Source: a virus
Lineage: Duplodnaviria; Heunggongvirae; Uroviricota; Caudoviricetes
DNA: 64,000 nucleotides
Strand: one strand, 5' to 3'
Virus record (IMG/VR): IMGVR_UViG_2721755711_000002
Shown: positions 28,147-38,374 of the stretch, in pieces
Layout of the letters: each line of letters begins with the position of its first letter
Position numbering within the stretch: position 1 is the stretch's first letter
Notes under the pieces: model-generated
Databases searched by the model: none
The model's input: the letters and a program-made list of their open reading frames with translations, nothing else
Told to the model about the DNA's origin: nothing
Translations under genes and position numbers: made by a program

Positions 28147-29479
28147 TAATCACCATCCCGGCGGTTATGTTGTTCGGGTCACGCAGCTGCGGGTTCAGAC
28201 GTTGCAGCTCTGCCGCACGGCTGTAATCACCGTACCACTGCCACGCCAGCAACAGCAGACAGCTGTCCGCCTGCACCTGTTTCTGCGTCAGCGGTGGGCG
28301 GCGTGACAGAACCAGCAGGCCGACATCCTGCACGGATGCCGCCACGTTCTTCATGCTCTGAATGATTTCCGGGTACATCAGCCCCAGCGGTGATGCGGTT
28401 TCGGTTATCCGTTCGCGTTCGCCTTCATAGCGTTCACGGAACAGCGTGATGGCGGCCTGTAAGCGGGTGCGCACATCCCCGACCAGTCGCCCGATATCCG
28501 CCGGTATAAGCTGCTCTGACTGGGCTTCATCGGACAGTATCGCCGTCGCCACGCTGGCCAGCTCTGAGGCTGCCAGAACCGCATAAGCCGCTTTCACGTC
28601 CTGCACGTCTTCCACGGACGCATCCGGCGGAAGTGCCACAGACGGCGTTTTATCGCCGCTGACCAGTGCGACCGGCAGCGCGACCAGCTCATCCATATCT
28701 GCCATCACCTCATTCCAGCAGGTCATCACTGTCGCAGAACTGGCGACGCTGTCTTCCCCGGTCAGTCCGGTCGTGGTGGCGGAATCAGTACGCTCCAGCA
28801 CCGGCACCGCGTGCCCGACATCTGACGTGTGGATTTCCAGCACCTCTGCCAGCCCGCCGATGAACTTTCCGGGTTCGCTGGCCAGTGACATCATATTGTC
28901 GATGGATGAGAGAAAATCGCTTTTGAACGTCAGCAGGGTATTCACCAGCGTGGCACGCACCGTCTGGATTTTTTTTATCACGCTGTTAATGGTCTTTAAA
29001 GGGGCCGTAACAGCGTCAAATAATTCGCTTAACTGTGCCAGTAACTTATCCAGTTCTTCAAATAACTGCTGTGCAAACAGCTCCGGTAACGGGGTGCTGA
29101 ACAACGCGCTGCCGGTGCGGTTCTCCAGAAAGCTCATGTCGATGGTGCAGCTGTCCGGGCTTTCTGCGTCATGGCGAATGCTGTAGCCGGTCACAATCAC
29201 CGACGGTACGGAGCCGTAAACCGGGTGAATCAGCTCACCATCGCCGCCTTCGTCCAGGGCGGCGATCAGCTTTTCAAGTTTATATTCGTAATACTCCCCC
29301 CACAGGAACGCCGTCATGCGGAACGGTCGCGCCTTGCGTCCGAGGTCGTGCAAATCCGCCCCGTCAACAAACGGGTATTCATAGACCGCATGGTCGCGGC
29401 TGATTTGTTCGTCCGTGTTCAGTACATCAAACTGCACGCCACGAAAGGAGGCGTTTTGCAGGTTTTCAGCCCAGCCCAT
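28130..29479 (-). CDS. DNA circulation protein (Mu N / gp43-like)
   Basis: 449-aa ORF directly after tape measure. Confidence 0.65.
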   Translation of the reverse strand: MGWAENLQNASFRGVQFDVLNTDEQISRDHAVYEYPFVDGADLHDLGRKARPFRMTAFLWGEYYEYKLEKLIAALDEGGDGELIHPVYGSVPSVIVTGYSIRHDAESPDSCTIDMSFLENRTGSALFSTPLPELFAQQLFEELDKLLAQLSELFDAVTAPLKTINSVIKKIQTVRATLVNTLLTFKSDFLSSIDNMMSLASEPGKFIGGLAEVLEIHTSDVGHAVPVLERTDSATTTGLTGEDSVASSATVMTCWNEVMADMDELVALPVALVSGDKTPSVALPPDASVEDVQDVKAAYAVLAASELASVATAILSDEAQSEQLIPADIGRLVGDVRTRLQAAITLFRERYEGERERITETASPLGLMYPEIIQSMKNVAASVQDVGLLVLSRRPPLTQKQVQADSCLLLLAWQWYGDYSRAAELQRLNPQLRDPNNITAGMVINAYAK

Positions 29480-31761
29480 CAGTAAGTTCCTCCCGTGCCT
29501 CTGTTGCCGTCCTGAAGGTTGTATTTGTTCACTGCCTCCGCCACGACCTGACCATCGAGCACCAGTTGTGTGGTGAAATTAATGGGGCTGGCAGGTGGTC
29601 CCCAGTGCGTGAGGTATTCCGGCTGGGTGATGCGTCCGGGTTGCTTTGATGCTGTTTCAGACGCTGCCATTCCGGCTTGCTGTCGGACTTGTTCTGGTGT
29701 TGGCAGAGAATCACCGGCGATAACCCCGGTTTTTTTCAGTTCGTCAAGATACTGCTGGATCCATTTCTCGTTTTCTGTTGAGTAACCTTCGCCAAACTGC
29801 CACCACGGCTGATATTTTTCACGGGCAGCATCAATCAGCCACTGAGGATATTTAGCCCGTATATTTTTCCAGCGCTCCTCGCTTCCTTCGACGGCGGCGT
29901 CTTCTTCCGGGCTGGTTGCAGTGGCCAGTGCCGTAACGGTGCCACCGAAAGAAAGCAGGCTACCGGCAATGCCGGGGAATTTAAATCCTTTGCCTTTTTT
30001 GACCGTGTTTTCAATTACATCACCGACAACCTCGCCAGCCTTGCCACCGGGTTTACCCCCGGTCAGGATTTTGATCCCGGCCCATGTCAGAGCCGCTGCG
30101 GTCATCGCTTCAATGGCTGTCGTGGCACCCACCACTGCTGTGGTCAGCCCCGGAAATTTTTCACCCGCCCAGCTTATGGCATCGGCCACAGTACCGGACG
30201 CATCAGCCAGCTTTTTCATGCTGTCCATTTGTGAAAATTCAAGCGTGTTTTTAGCCTGTTCGGTTTTAAAATCATTCGTGCCTGACATGAATTTAAAATC
30301 CAGATCTCCGGCGCGCTGACCTTCTGGCAGGGTGCGTTGCTGACTGATTTCAGCTTCGACCTGCTTTCGGTATTCCGGGTTATTCCTGTAAGCCAGGATT
30401 GCCTTCAGTGCCTGCATATCACCGACAAGCTCACCAACACCGAACCCCTCAAGAATTTTCGCCATAGACTCCAGAATTTTGTCCTGCTGGCCTTTGTCTT
30501 TTGTTGCTGCCAGGCGCTTCTGAAGCTCCTGATATTGTTTGTTGTTCGCGGCGACTTTATCAGCAAGGCGTGAAAATGCCTCTATCGGATCAATGCCGTT
30601 TTCCATAGCTCGGGTCAATGTACCGGGTAAATCAATACCCTTTCCATCAATCGTGATGCTTTTCGCCCTTGTTGCTGATTCACTACTGAAAAGTTTGGCC
30701 AACAGGTTTACAACGTTATTACCTGCCTCACTGCTGCTGCCTGCGGCAATACCTGCGACCTCATTAAATGCCAGTAATTTCTGGAATCCATCCAGTCCTT
30801 TCATTCCGGCGTTACCAGCTAACGCCATCTGAGGTCCAAGATGCTCCGCCATATCCCGTAGCTCAAAATTACCGGCTTTACCGGCTGCAATAGCCATATT
30901 AAACATGGCCGGAAGATCGTTGTCTGTCAGTCCAAATGTTTGCTTAGCTTTGGCCGCCATAGTGACCAGATCGCGTGGGGATGCACCGGATGCAGTAGCA
31001 AATTTCATAATCTGCGGTAAGAGATTATTCGCGGTATCCCAGGAAAAAGCGCCGCTGGCCAACATCTCATTCATTGCTTCAGCTGCATCCTCTTTCGTTC
31101 CGCCACCATACGTTACCGCCGCGCGGATACTGTTTTTCAGCTTTTCACGCCCAAACTGCCTGCCTTCCAGACCACCATCACTGAACGCCGTGTTCGCCAT
31201 CATGCTGAGCTGACGTTCATAACTCATTTGATTTCTGACTGGTTGCGTCATAATGGCGGCCCCTGCCATAATTCCGCCGCCTATTGTCACGGCATTCCCG
31301 CCAAATGCAGCCGCACGGGCAAAACGCCCCCGTTCAGGGATAACAGGCGTTTTCGCCATCTTCATCTGAGCCTGAGTGACGCCATCCAGTTCACGCTTGA
31401 GTGCCCGGGCTTTTTCCCGGGTGGCCTGCATGGCGCGCTCCTGCTCCTGCGCAGATTCAAAACCGGCGCGGGCCAGACGGTTATAGCTGGCAACCGTCTG
31501 ATAAATTTCACGCCGGATTTCACGTTCTGCACGAATACCGAGCGTTTCCCGGGCACGGGCGGCACGCTGTATCTCTTTTGCCGCCTTTTTCGTGCTGTTA
31601 ATGCTTTCCTGCTCGGTACGCTTCTGCTCTGCGCCTGCCTTCCGTGTCGCCTTTGTTACACCTTCGGTGGCTTTGATAACCTGTTTTTGTCCCTTTTCCA
31701 GAACCTGCGAGGCTTCGTCCTTCGCAGTCAGGGTCATGCCAACTTTGAAATTACCGGCCAT
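29479..31761 (-). CDS. Tail tape measure protein
   Basis: 760-aa ORF, Ala/Gly-rich with central hydrophobic segments. Confidence 0.85.
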   Translation of the reverse strand: MAGNFKVGMTLTAKDEASQVLEKGQKQVIKATEGVTKATRKAGAEQKRTEQESINSTKKAAKEIQRAARARETLGIRAEREIRREIYQTVASYNRLARAGFESAQEQERAMQATREKARALKRELDGVTQAQMKMAKTPVIPERGRFARAAAFGGNAVTIGGGIMAGAAIMTQPVRNQMSYERQLSMMANTAFSDGGLEGRQFGREKLKNSIRAAVTYGGGTKEDAAEAMNEMLASGAFSWDTANNLLPQIMKFATASGASPRDLVTMAAKAKQTFGLTDNDLPAMFNMAIAAGKAGNFELRDMAEHLGPQMALAGNAGMKGLDGFQKLLAFNEVAGIAAGSSSEAGNNVVNLLAKLFSSESATRAKSITIDGKGIDLPGTLTRAMENGIDPIEAFSRLADKVAANNKQYQELQKRLAATKDKGQQDKILESMAKILEGFGVGELVGDMQALKAILAYRNNPEYRKQVEAEISQQRTLPEGQRAGDLDFKFMSGTNDFKTEQAKNTLEFSQMDSMKKLADASGTVADAISWAGEKFPGLTTAVVGATTAIEAMTAAALTWAGIKILTGGKPGGKAGEVVGDVIENTVKKGKGFKFPGIAGSLLSFGGTVTALATATSPEEDAAVEGSEERWKNIRAKYPQWLIDAAREKYQPWWQFGEGYSTENEKWIQQYLDELKKTGVIAGDSLPTPEQVRQQAGMAASETASKQPGRITQPEYLTHWGPPASPINFTTQLVLDGQVVAEAVNKYNLQDGNRGTGGTY

Positions 31762-31923
31762 TTTTCTGCTTACCTTTTCTGCGTTTCTTTCTGAGGGATT
31801 TAAATGACTGGCGGGTGGTCTGTGAGGTGTCCTTCCTTCCTGAGCCGCCGCCGTTCAGCCTGTCAACGGCGGCAAGCCAGCCGTCCAGCTCGGGACGGCT
31901 CATGGTCATGATTTGCTCTTCGG

Positions 31924-32307
31924 TTATTCCGTAGCGCCCGAGGATGAGGACTGCGAGCCGGAGTCCGGCGAGCCGGGATTCCCGCCGTTCCGCTTTACCT
32001 TCAGGACGTTGCGTGATGCCAGCAGAATATTAAAATCATCCGGCGTCATGTTGTCGTGTAACAGCTCCGCCGTCAGTTCTTCCTGCGGAATATCCCCCAG
32101 ACGGACCAGCGTTGCCGCCATCACCGCACAGCGGTAGTAATAATCCGCCGCGAAGCCATCCACCGTCTGAAAGCGTTCTTCAGTTTCTTCCAGTGCCTGC
32201 CCGTTATCACGCATGACCGGCAGACGCAGCTCAAAGTTTTTATGAACGGTGCCGTTAAACACCACGCCATCAGACAGCTCGCCGGTCTGTGTATTAATCA
32301 AAGTCAT
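31924..32307 (-). CDS. Tail assembly chaperone-like protein (Mu gp41 position)
   Basis: 127-aa ORF between tube and tape measure. Confidence 0.45.
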   Translation of the reverse strand: MTLINTQTGELSDGVVFNGTVHKNFELRLPVMRDNGQALEETEERFQTVDGFAADYYYRCAVMAATLVRLGDIPQEELTAELLHDNMTPDDFNILLASRNVLKVKRNGGNPGSPDSGSQSSSSGATE

Positions 32308-32678
32308 CCTGTCACCTTCCTGAGTGCAGCCATTTTGATATCAATTTTCGCTTCATTATCGACGGTGTATTTCTCACCCACTTCGGTTGTGAAGCAGTCC
32401 AGATAGGAGGTGCGCTTGCCGCTGTTGCTGAGCGGATAAATTGAGATTTTCACACCTTCCAGATTTTCCCAGTCCGGCTCGTTGGTATCAGGGATAACCG
32501 CCGAAACTGAAATATCGTAGGTGGCAATGCCACGGGCAAAGCCTTTGGCCCTGCCGGTTTTGTTCATGGTCTTGACCAGCTTTCGTCCGGTGTTGATCTG
32601 AACATCAAAGTCGGTGATCTCGATTTCCTGGCTGTCCACCTCCAGCACAATCGAGCCGACATATTCTTTAATGGACAT
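32304..32678 (-). CDS. Tail tube protein (Mu M-like)
   Basis: 124-aa ORF following sheath gene. Confidence 0.7.
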   Translation of the reverse strand: MSIKEYVGSIVLEVDSQEIEITDFDVQINTGRKLVKTMNKTGRAKGFARGIATYDISVSAVIPDTNEPDWENLEGVKISIYPLSNSGKRTSYLDCFTTEVGEKYTVDNEAKIDIKMAALRKVTG

Positions 32679-32690
32679 TTACCGCGCTCC

Positions 32691-34112
32691 TTACAAAATC
32701 ATGTCGATGCGACCGGCAAACACATGCAGGCCGTTAACCACATCCGCCGGAACCACGCAGTCGAGACGGTTTGCATCTTTCCCGTTTCGCTGAACGCGCA
32801 GCTTTGCCTTGTTCGCTTCCACGTTCTCCAGAATTTCCGCTTCCTCCAGCTTGATCAGCACGTCATACAGTTCGCTTTCCACTTTTGCGATAGTGCGGGT
32901 GCTGAGTTTTTCGCGCGGGAAGCGAAGGCTGATGCGTTCGCGGCACGCCTTGCGGGTGTAATCCAGCGTTCTGATGGACGTGATATCCAGTAACGAGACG
33001 TCAGTCACGCCCTGTGCGTTAACCGTGTACGTACTGACCGCACGCACAATCTGCACCGTGTTACCCGGGCCAACCTCAACCGGCGTCAGGCCGTTATGCA
33101 GGGCGTTTTCCTGCTCGTTACGGCTTTCACGCTGTGACATTGCGACCACATCCAGCCCGGACAGCGCCAGCGAGTTCAGCGGACGCGCCGGGTCTTCCTC
33201 GCCCGCCATCACAGCGCCGTAGATGGCAGCCAGCACCGCTGGCAGCTTCACGGAGCCGCGATACCAGGGGACAGACACGCGCCCACTGTTCACACCGGCG
33301 GCCAGGGTGATCCCGTTTCCGAGACTGCCCGTCCAGCCTGCACAGCCAATCGCGCCGCGCTGTTCCATCGCGTTCCCGGTTTTCTCCAGATGCTGCTTCA
33401 GGGCGGCAAGGGCTGGCGTGGTACTGAACGGACAAATCAGAATGTTGTGACCGGCGGCAAAGACCGCATCCAGTGCGGGCTGAATATCCGGGTCCATTTC
33501 GCCGTTCGCCATCGGCGTGGCGCTCACGGTCAGACCGCCTGCCGTGGTGGATGCTGACAGGGTGATATCATTCCCCCAGGCACCTTTGGTCCGGGTGGTG
33601 ACCGTCAGCTGAGAGGTTTCTGATTTGTATTCCCCCGTCACCAGAAGCGAGGGCGTCTGCGTCATTGCTTCCACCAGTGCCGGAATGATTTTCGACGGTC
33701 CATCACCGGTTTCCACATCCACCGAAACCTGCTCACCGGCAACCCATACCGACAGTGTGCCGCTGCTGATTGCCGTACCGCTGACAGTAACCGCACCGGT
33801 TGCTGCCTTTCCTGCGCCACTGTCTGCAATACCGATAACATCCAGTTGCAGATAGCTGTTGGCATTAATGGCCGCGCGCGCCATTGCAGCGGCCAGCGAA
33901 CCGGCCCCGAAATACAAATCCGCTTCGTCTTCGGAATACACAGAAACGGCATTCAGGGGCCTGGCGGTGCCGCCTGACAGCATCGGGCCAATCACCAGAA
34001 CACGCTGTTCGTTACCCGGCAGCGTGTTAACGGCGAGCCGGGTATTGAACTCAAAATGCACACCGGGCTTACGGATGCCGCCCGAAATGGTGTCAAACTG
34101 AATTTCACTCAT
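32691..34112 (-). CDS. Contractile tail sheath protein (Mu L-like)
   Basis: 473-aa ORF. Confidence 0.85.
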   Translation of the reverse strand: MSEIQFDTISGGIRKPGVHFEFNTRLAVNTLPGNEQRVLVIGPMLSGGTARPLNAVSVYSEDEADLYFGAGSLAAAMARAAINANSYLQLDVIGIADSGAGKAATGAVTVSGTAISSGTLSVWVAGEQVSVDVETGDGPSKIIPALVEAMTQTPSLLVTGEYKSETSQLTVTTRTKGAWGNDITLSASTTAGGLTVSATPMANGEMDPDIQPALDAVFAAGHNILICPFSTTPALAALKQHLEKTGNAMEQRGAIGCAGWTGSLGNGITLAAGVNSGRVSVPWYRGSVKLPAVLAAIYGAVMAGEEDPARPLNSLALSGLDVVAMSQRESRNEQENALHNGLTPVEVGPGNTVQIVRAVSTYTVNAQGVTDVSLLDITSIRTLDYTRKACRERISLRFPREKLSTRTIAKVESELYDVLIKLEEAEILENVEANKAKLRVQRNGKDANRLDCVVPADVVNGLHVFAGRIDMIL

Positions 34113-34347
34113 CGGAATCCACCTGTTTCTCTCTCTTCGCCTTCGCTTTTACCTGCACGGCGTCCTGTTCAGCCGTCACGATAGTTTCAGGCTCATCCTT
34201 CACCAGAATCAGGTCACCGTCCTGAACGGCTCGCCGGTAATAAACGGTGTTCTCAACGGTCACAACTTCCGTGGTGATGTATTTCCGGGCGTTATCCTCC
34301 ATCGGGAACTTCATCCCGGGAGCCGCCTTAACCTTCATTTTGTTCAT
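34105..34347 (-). CDS. Small conserved Mu-like protein (gp38 position)
   Basis: 80-aa ORF upstream of sheath. Confidence 0.45.
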   Translation of the reverse strand: MNKMKVKAAPGMKFPMEDNARKYITTEVVTVENTVYYRRAVQDGDLILVKDEPETIVTAEQDAVQVKAKAKREKQVDSDE

Positions 34348-34988
34348 GCTGTTGCTCTCTTAATTCAGTCAGCCCTGATATTTCAGCGTCGCTGTCCTGC
34401 ATCTGGTACCGGATGCCAAGGTTCAGCAGCTCCGGGTCAAGGTCTGACAGCCTGCCGTGGTAGCGGTTGAAGAGGCGGTCCGCTTCTGCGCCACGCTCCG
34501 GCCATTTGCCGTTCTCCAGCGCGTGCTCCACCCAGCGGGTATCGAACTCACAGGCAAACACGGACATTGCCCGCTCTGCCACGCCGGTGTTAAACAGCGT
34601 CCTGACCCGCCCGGGTTCGAAATAATCAATCTCCAGCCCCAAATCCTGACCGGTCAGCAGGCGACGGACGGATTCAACCAGCTGGTTTGTCCCGACCTCA
34701 TCCCGGACGGTGCCTCCCTGTCTGGCGCTCTGTTCGCTGCGGGTGTTGTAATCACCCACCACAACCACAAAGCGTCCGGTGGCAATGTATTTCCGGCGTG
34801 ACGTGGAATAGCGTTCGGTTTTCACGATGCCGCCGAACGTCACCCAGGCTGCCGGAAGGCTGCGAACAATCCGGCCCGGATCTTCATCCAGTTCACCGGC
34901 ATAGGTGCGGACATCCTGCACCATATGCCCCAGACCACAGCGCAGACGCTCAACCAGCGCCCGTTCAATTTCAGTAATCAGAATGCAC
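34328..34988 (-). CDS. Mu gp37-like protein; 5' end disrupted by IS629
   Basis: ORF continues from inside the IS629 inverted repeat; phage-derived part starts at 34988. Confidence 0.5.
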
Positions 34989-35030
34989 TGAACCGCCCCG
35001 GGTTTCCTGGAGAGTGTTTTATCTGTGAAC

Positions 35031-35922
35031 TCAGGCTGCCAGATCATCGTTTCCGATGGAAGCATAATAAGCTTTTTCTGCTTCTGCCGGTGGGATATGG
35101 CCCAGCCTTTCCAGCAATCGTCGATTGTTATACCAGTCCACCCACGTGAGTGTGGACAGCTCCACTTCTGTCCGGTTTTTCCAGCGCTTACGGTGTATTA
35201 CCTCCGCTTTGTAAAGGCCATTGATGCTTCTCCGCCATCGCGTTGTCATACGAGTCACCAGTACTCCCTGTTGATGCCAGTAAGCCGGCTTCCTTAAGCC
35301 GCTGCGTGTAGGCCAGCGATACATACTGAGAACCTTTATCACTGTGGTGGATTGTGCCGGACGGCCGACGGGCCCACAACGCCTGCTCCAGTGCATCCAG
35401 CACGAATGCCGTTTCCATGGATGATGAGACCCGCCATCCCACGATGTATCCGGCGAACACATCAATGATGAACGCCACATAAACGAAGCCCTGCCATGTG
35501 TTTACCCAGGTAAAATCAGCCACCCACAACTGGTCAGGACGTTCTGCCACGAACTGACGGTTTACGCGGTCGCATGCGGCAACGGCTTTCCGGCTGACGG
35601 TAGTGCGGACCTTTTTACCCCGGAGAACACCGGCAAGTCCCATAACCGCCATGAGACGTGCCACAGTGCATCTGGCCACTCTGATACCTTCCCGTAACAA
35701 CTGACGCCAGACTTTACGCACACCGTATACCTGGTGATTTTCATCGTATACGCGCTGTATCTCTTTCTTCAGCCAGTCATCGCGCTGCGCACGGGCACTG
35801 CGTTTATCAGGATGATGTCGCTGTTGCTGACAGTGGTAATACGTTGACGGGGCAATATGCAGTTCGCTGCATACCGGTCCGACCCCGTACTGCTCACGCA
35901 GCTTATCCAGCAGTGGCATCAT
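35031..35922 (-). pseudogene. IS629 transposase orfB interrupted by a 1-nt insertion frameshift
   Basis: ORF pieces 35188-35922 and 35031-35480 are in different frames; extra base in GAGAAGC (plus-strand ~35227-35231) breaks the expected DNAMAESINGLYKAEV. Confidence 0.7.
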
Positions 35923-36245
35923 TTTTTCCAGAGGCGGTCGAACTCCGCCTTCGCAAAATAAGCGGAAGCCTGGCGAAGGATATCGTTACTGCGGCGCAGT
36001 TCACGATTTTCACGTTCCAGCTCTTTCAGACGCTGACGTTCAGCGGTGGTGAGCCCACCATCACCGCCCCCGGTATCCCGCTCATGCTGGCGAACCCAGA
36101 CACGCAGAGTCTCCGGCGTACAGCCAATTTTTGGGGCAATGGAACAAATTGCCGCCCACTGTGAATCATACTCATCCTGACTTTCCAGAACCATACGAAT
36201 CGCTCGCTGACGGACTTCGGGGGAAAAACGAGTATTTTTAGTCAT
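35919..36245 (-). CDS. IS629 transposase OrfA (HTH)
   Basis: 108-aa [24 protein letters not shown]... with leucine-zipper-like C-terminus. Confidence 0.85.
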   Translation of the reverse strand: MTKNTRFSPEVRQRAIRMVLESQDEYDSQWAAICSIAPKIGCTPETLRVWVRQHERDTGGGDGGLTTAERQRLKELERENRELRRSNDILRQASAYFAKAEFDRLWKK

Positions 36246-36270
36246 CCTGTTTACCTCTTTCTCAGGGAGT

Positions 36271-36723
36271 TTAGTCTCCAGGATTCCCGGGACGGTTCAC
36301 ACCTCCCCGCGTGGACTCACGCCCGAACTGACGGGAGCCGGAGCGGATACGCACCTGTGACGATGACTGGATCACACTGCCGGACGTATCCCGCCCGAGG
36401 TTGATTTGTCCTGCCGCGACTTTCTCCAGAAAGCGGATGGCGTCCCGGTAGCGCATCTGAATTTCTTCTGAGCAGATACGGTAATCGGTCGCCAGGTGAT
36501 AACGGGCGATATCGCAGCAGTAACCCACCAGAATCCCCGGGCTGTCAGGCCACGGGGTCCGGTAACGCCCCACCAGATAGCCATCAATCTGGGCACTGGC
36601 GCGTGCAAGCGCGGAGGCCAGCTTTTCTTCGTCGATGAATCCCGTCATGTCTTCATCCGTCAGTGTGCGTGCCTCGCGTTCACTGAACGCCCTGATGAAC
36701 TGTTCCGGTGTGGCGTAAGACAT
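36271..36723 (-). CDS. Mu gp36-like protein; last ~9 codons replaced by IS629 end sequence
   Basis: 150-aa ORF whose 3' end runs into the IS inverted repeat. Confidence 0.55.
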   Translation of the reverse strand: MSYATPEQFIRAFSEREARTLTDEDMTGFIDEEKLASALARASAQIDGYLVGRYRTPWPDSPGILVGYCCDIARYHLATDYRICSEEIQMRYRDAIRFLEKVAAGQINLGRDTSGSVIQSSSQVRIRSGSRQFGRESTRGGVNRPGNPGD

Positions 36724-36726
36724 GGG

Positions 36727-37056
36727 TTACTTCTCCTTTTTGTCCGCTTTTTTTGTTTTCTGTGCGGCGGTCAGTTCACTGACTTTCTGGCGTTCTTCTT
36801 CCAGTTGCGCCGTCAGTTCGCTGACTTTCTGACGCTCGGCATCCAGCTGTGCGGCCAGCTCATCACCCCGGGCCGCGTCGTTCTGGCCGGACGCTTTATC
36901 GCGCTCCACCACAATCAGCATGGGGTCAGCCTTCAGCACCGCCAGCTGTTCCGGGGTGAACGCATCCGCAGGCCATTCCTTCGTGGTTGCGCTGTGTGCC
37001 ACACCGCAGCGGCGAAAACCCTCACGGCGGGCGGTAATTTCAATCACCTTTTCCAT
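36727..37056 (-). CDS. Hypothetical head-module protein with internal 11-aa tandem repeat
   Basis: 109-aa ORF; QKVSELTAQLE repeat; adjacent to major head gene. Confidence 0.5.
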   Translation of the reverse strand: MEKVIEITARREGFRRCGVAHSATTKEWPADAFTPEQLAVLKADPMLIVVERDKASGQNDAARGDELAAQLDAERQKVSELTAQLEEERQKVSELTAAQKTKKADKKEK

Positions 37057-37059
37057 GCA

Positions 37060-38010
37060 TTACTCCGTCGTACCATCAGAACCAAATGCCATCTGCCAGA
37101 AGCCGTAACCGCCGTTACAGCGCGCTTCGGCACCAAACAGGAACTTCTTACGCTTGAACACGTTGTCGCTGTTGTAGTCCGTCTGCTCCACAAAAACAGG
37201 CTTTTTACGCAGCTGATAAATCAGCGGTTTCACCGGTTTGGTGGTGTCAAACAGGAACCACGCAGAATCCGACGCCAGCTCCGGCATCACCAGCACTTCG
37301 GCGGTATTGCGGTACGGGTTCGGCGTGCCGTCCGGGAACTTCTCGGCGGTCATCAGGTAGTTCGCGTCATCCTCCAGCGCCGGTGGCACAACCAGCAGAT
37401 TCGGGCGAATTTTGAGGGATGCGCCTTCGTCATCTTTCAGACTACGCATGGCCGTACGGGCGGCACCGTAGGAGGCTTTCGCCTCGGCAAGCGAGCCAAC
37501 TTTGAGTTTTTTGGTGCCTTTGTTGGACACCGATTTACCGGCGACCAGGTGGTCGGTATCAAAGAACATCTGACCGTCGTAACATGGATTGGTAAAACCG
37601 TTACTGATAAGGGACGCCACAATATCTGCCGGTAGCTCTGCTGCCGACTGTCCGGCTCCTTTCGCCTGAAGGGCATAGCCCATAATCTGGTCGTCCTCGA
37701 TGTCGTTACGATCGACTTCAACCGTGGCTTCCCAGTCCTTGTTACGGATGGTGTAGTTAAATGCCGCCAGTGATTTGACGACCTTGTCACCAATCCACTC
37801 GCGCATTTTCGGGAAACGACTTAACCAGCTGTAGTCGTTCTCCTTGCCGTTTGATGGCACTTCCATTGCCACCTTCTGCCAGTCAGTTGGTGACTGGTCG
37901 AAGGCTTTCTGGAAGGTGGCCTTCAGATTGATAAAAATCTGTTTGACGTTTTTAACGTTGACTAACACGTTTTGCTCCTTAACTGAAATGAACCCAGACG
38001 CCATCGTCAC
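37060..38010 (-). CDS. Major head subunit (Mu T-like)
   Basis: 316-aa ORF in the Mu T position. Confidence 0.75.
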   Translation of the reverse strand: MTMASGFISVKEQNVLVNVKNVKQIFINLKATFQKAFDQSPTDWQKVAMEVPSNGKENDYSWLSRFPKMREWIGDKVVKSLAAFNYTIRNKDWEATVEVDRNDIEDDQIMGYALQAKGAGQSAAELPADIVASLISNGFTNPCYDGQMFFDTDHLVAGKSVSNKGTKKLKVGSLAEAKASYGAARTAMRSLKDDEGASLKIRPNLLVVPPALEDDANYLMTAEKFPDGTPNPYRNTAEVLVMPELASDSAWFLFDTTKPVKPLIYQLRKKPVFVEQTDYNSDNVFKRKKFLFGAEARCNGGYGFWQMAFGSDGTTE

Positions 38011-38374
38011 CGATGCCGATCACTTTCCCGGCGACAGGGCGGGCGCTGCTGTTGTCGGTTTTCGCCACGGTCACGCTGTCTTCCACGTAGCATTCTTTAC
38101 CAACCTGCGATTGCGTGACCGGGTCTGAGGTGCTGTTCGCCATCAGAAAGGCTTTGCCGCAACGCACCAGAACGGTGGCGTCGCCATCGCTGCCCTTGCT
38201 GTTATCCACCCAGCCATCAGACACGCCCAGCGTAATCTGTGAGGCCGTGGCACTGGCCGGAACGGCATAACCGGATGCGTTAACGGCCACCATATGGCCG
38301 CCAAAAATTTCGGTCGCAGCGGCAACCGGCACCGGGTTCAGCTCGCCGTCACGGTAGGGGGTATTGCGATCCAT
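37979..38374 (-). CDS. Hypothetical head-associated protein
   Basis: 131-aa ORF between protease/scaffold and major head. Confidence 0.45.
   Translation of the reverse strand: MDRNTPYRDGELNPVPVAAATEIFGGHMVAVNASGYAVPASATASQITLGVSDGWVDNSKGSDGDATVLVRCGKAFLMANSTSDPVTQSQVGKECYVEDSVTVAKTDNSSARPVAGKVIGIGDDGVWVHFS

Larger units (their letters stand above)
34989..36299 (-). mobile_element. IS629 (IS3 family), 1311 bp with 3-bp direct repeat CAC
   Basis: Ends TGAACCGCCCCGGG (34989) and CCCGGGACGGTTCA (36299); flanking CAC at 34986-34988 and 36300-36302; orfA starts [15 protein letters not shown]. Confidence 0.85.

Noticed and set aside
36496-37635. 379-aa plus-strand ORF spanning the major head gene region
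   Set aside because: It is antisense to head genes that are well supported by Mu-like synteny, and its translation is Arg/Gly/His-rich as expected for a GC-rich antisense frame.
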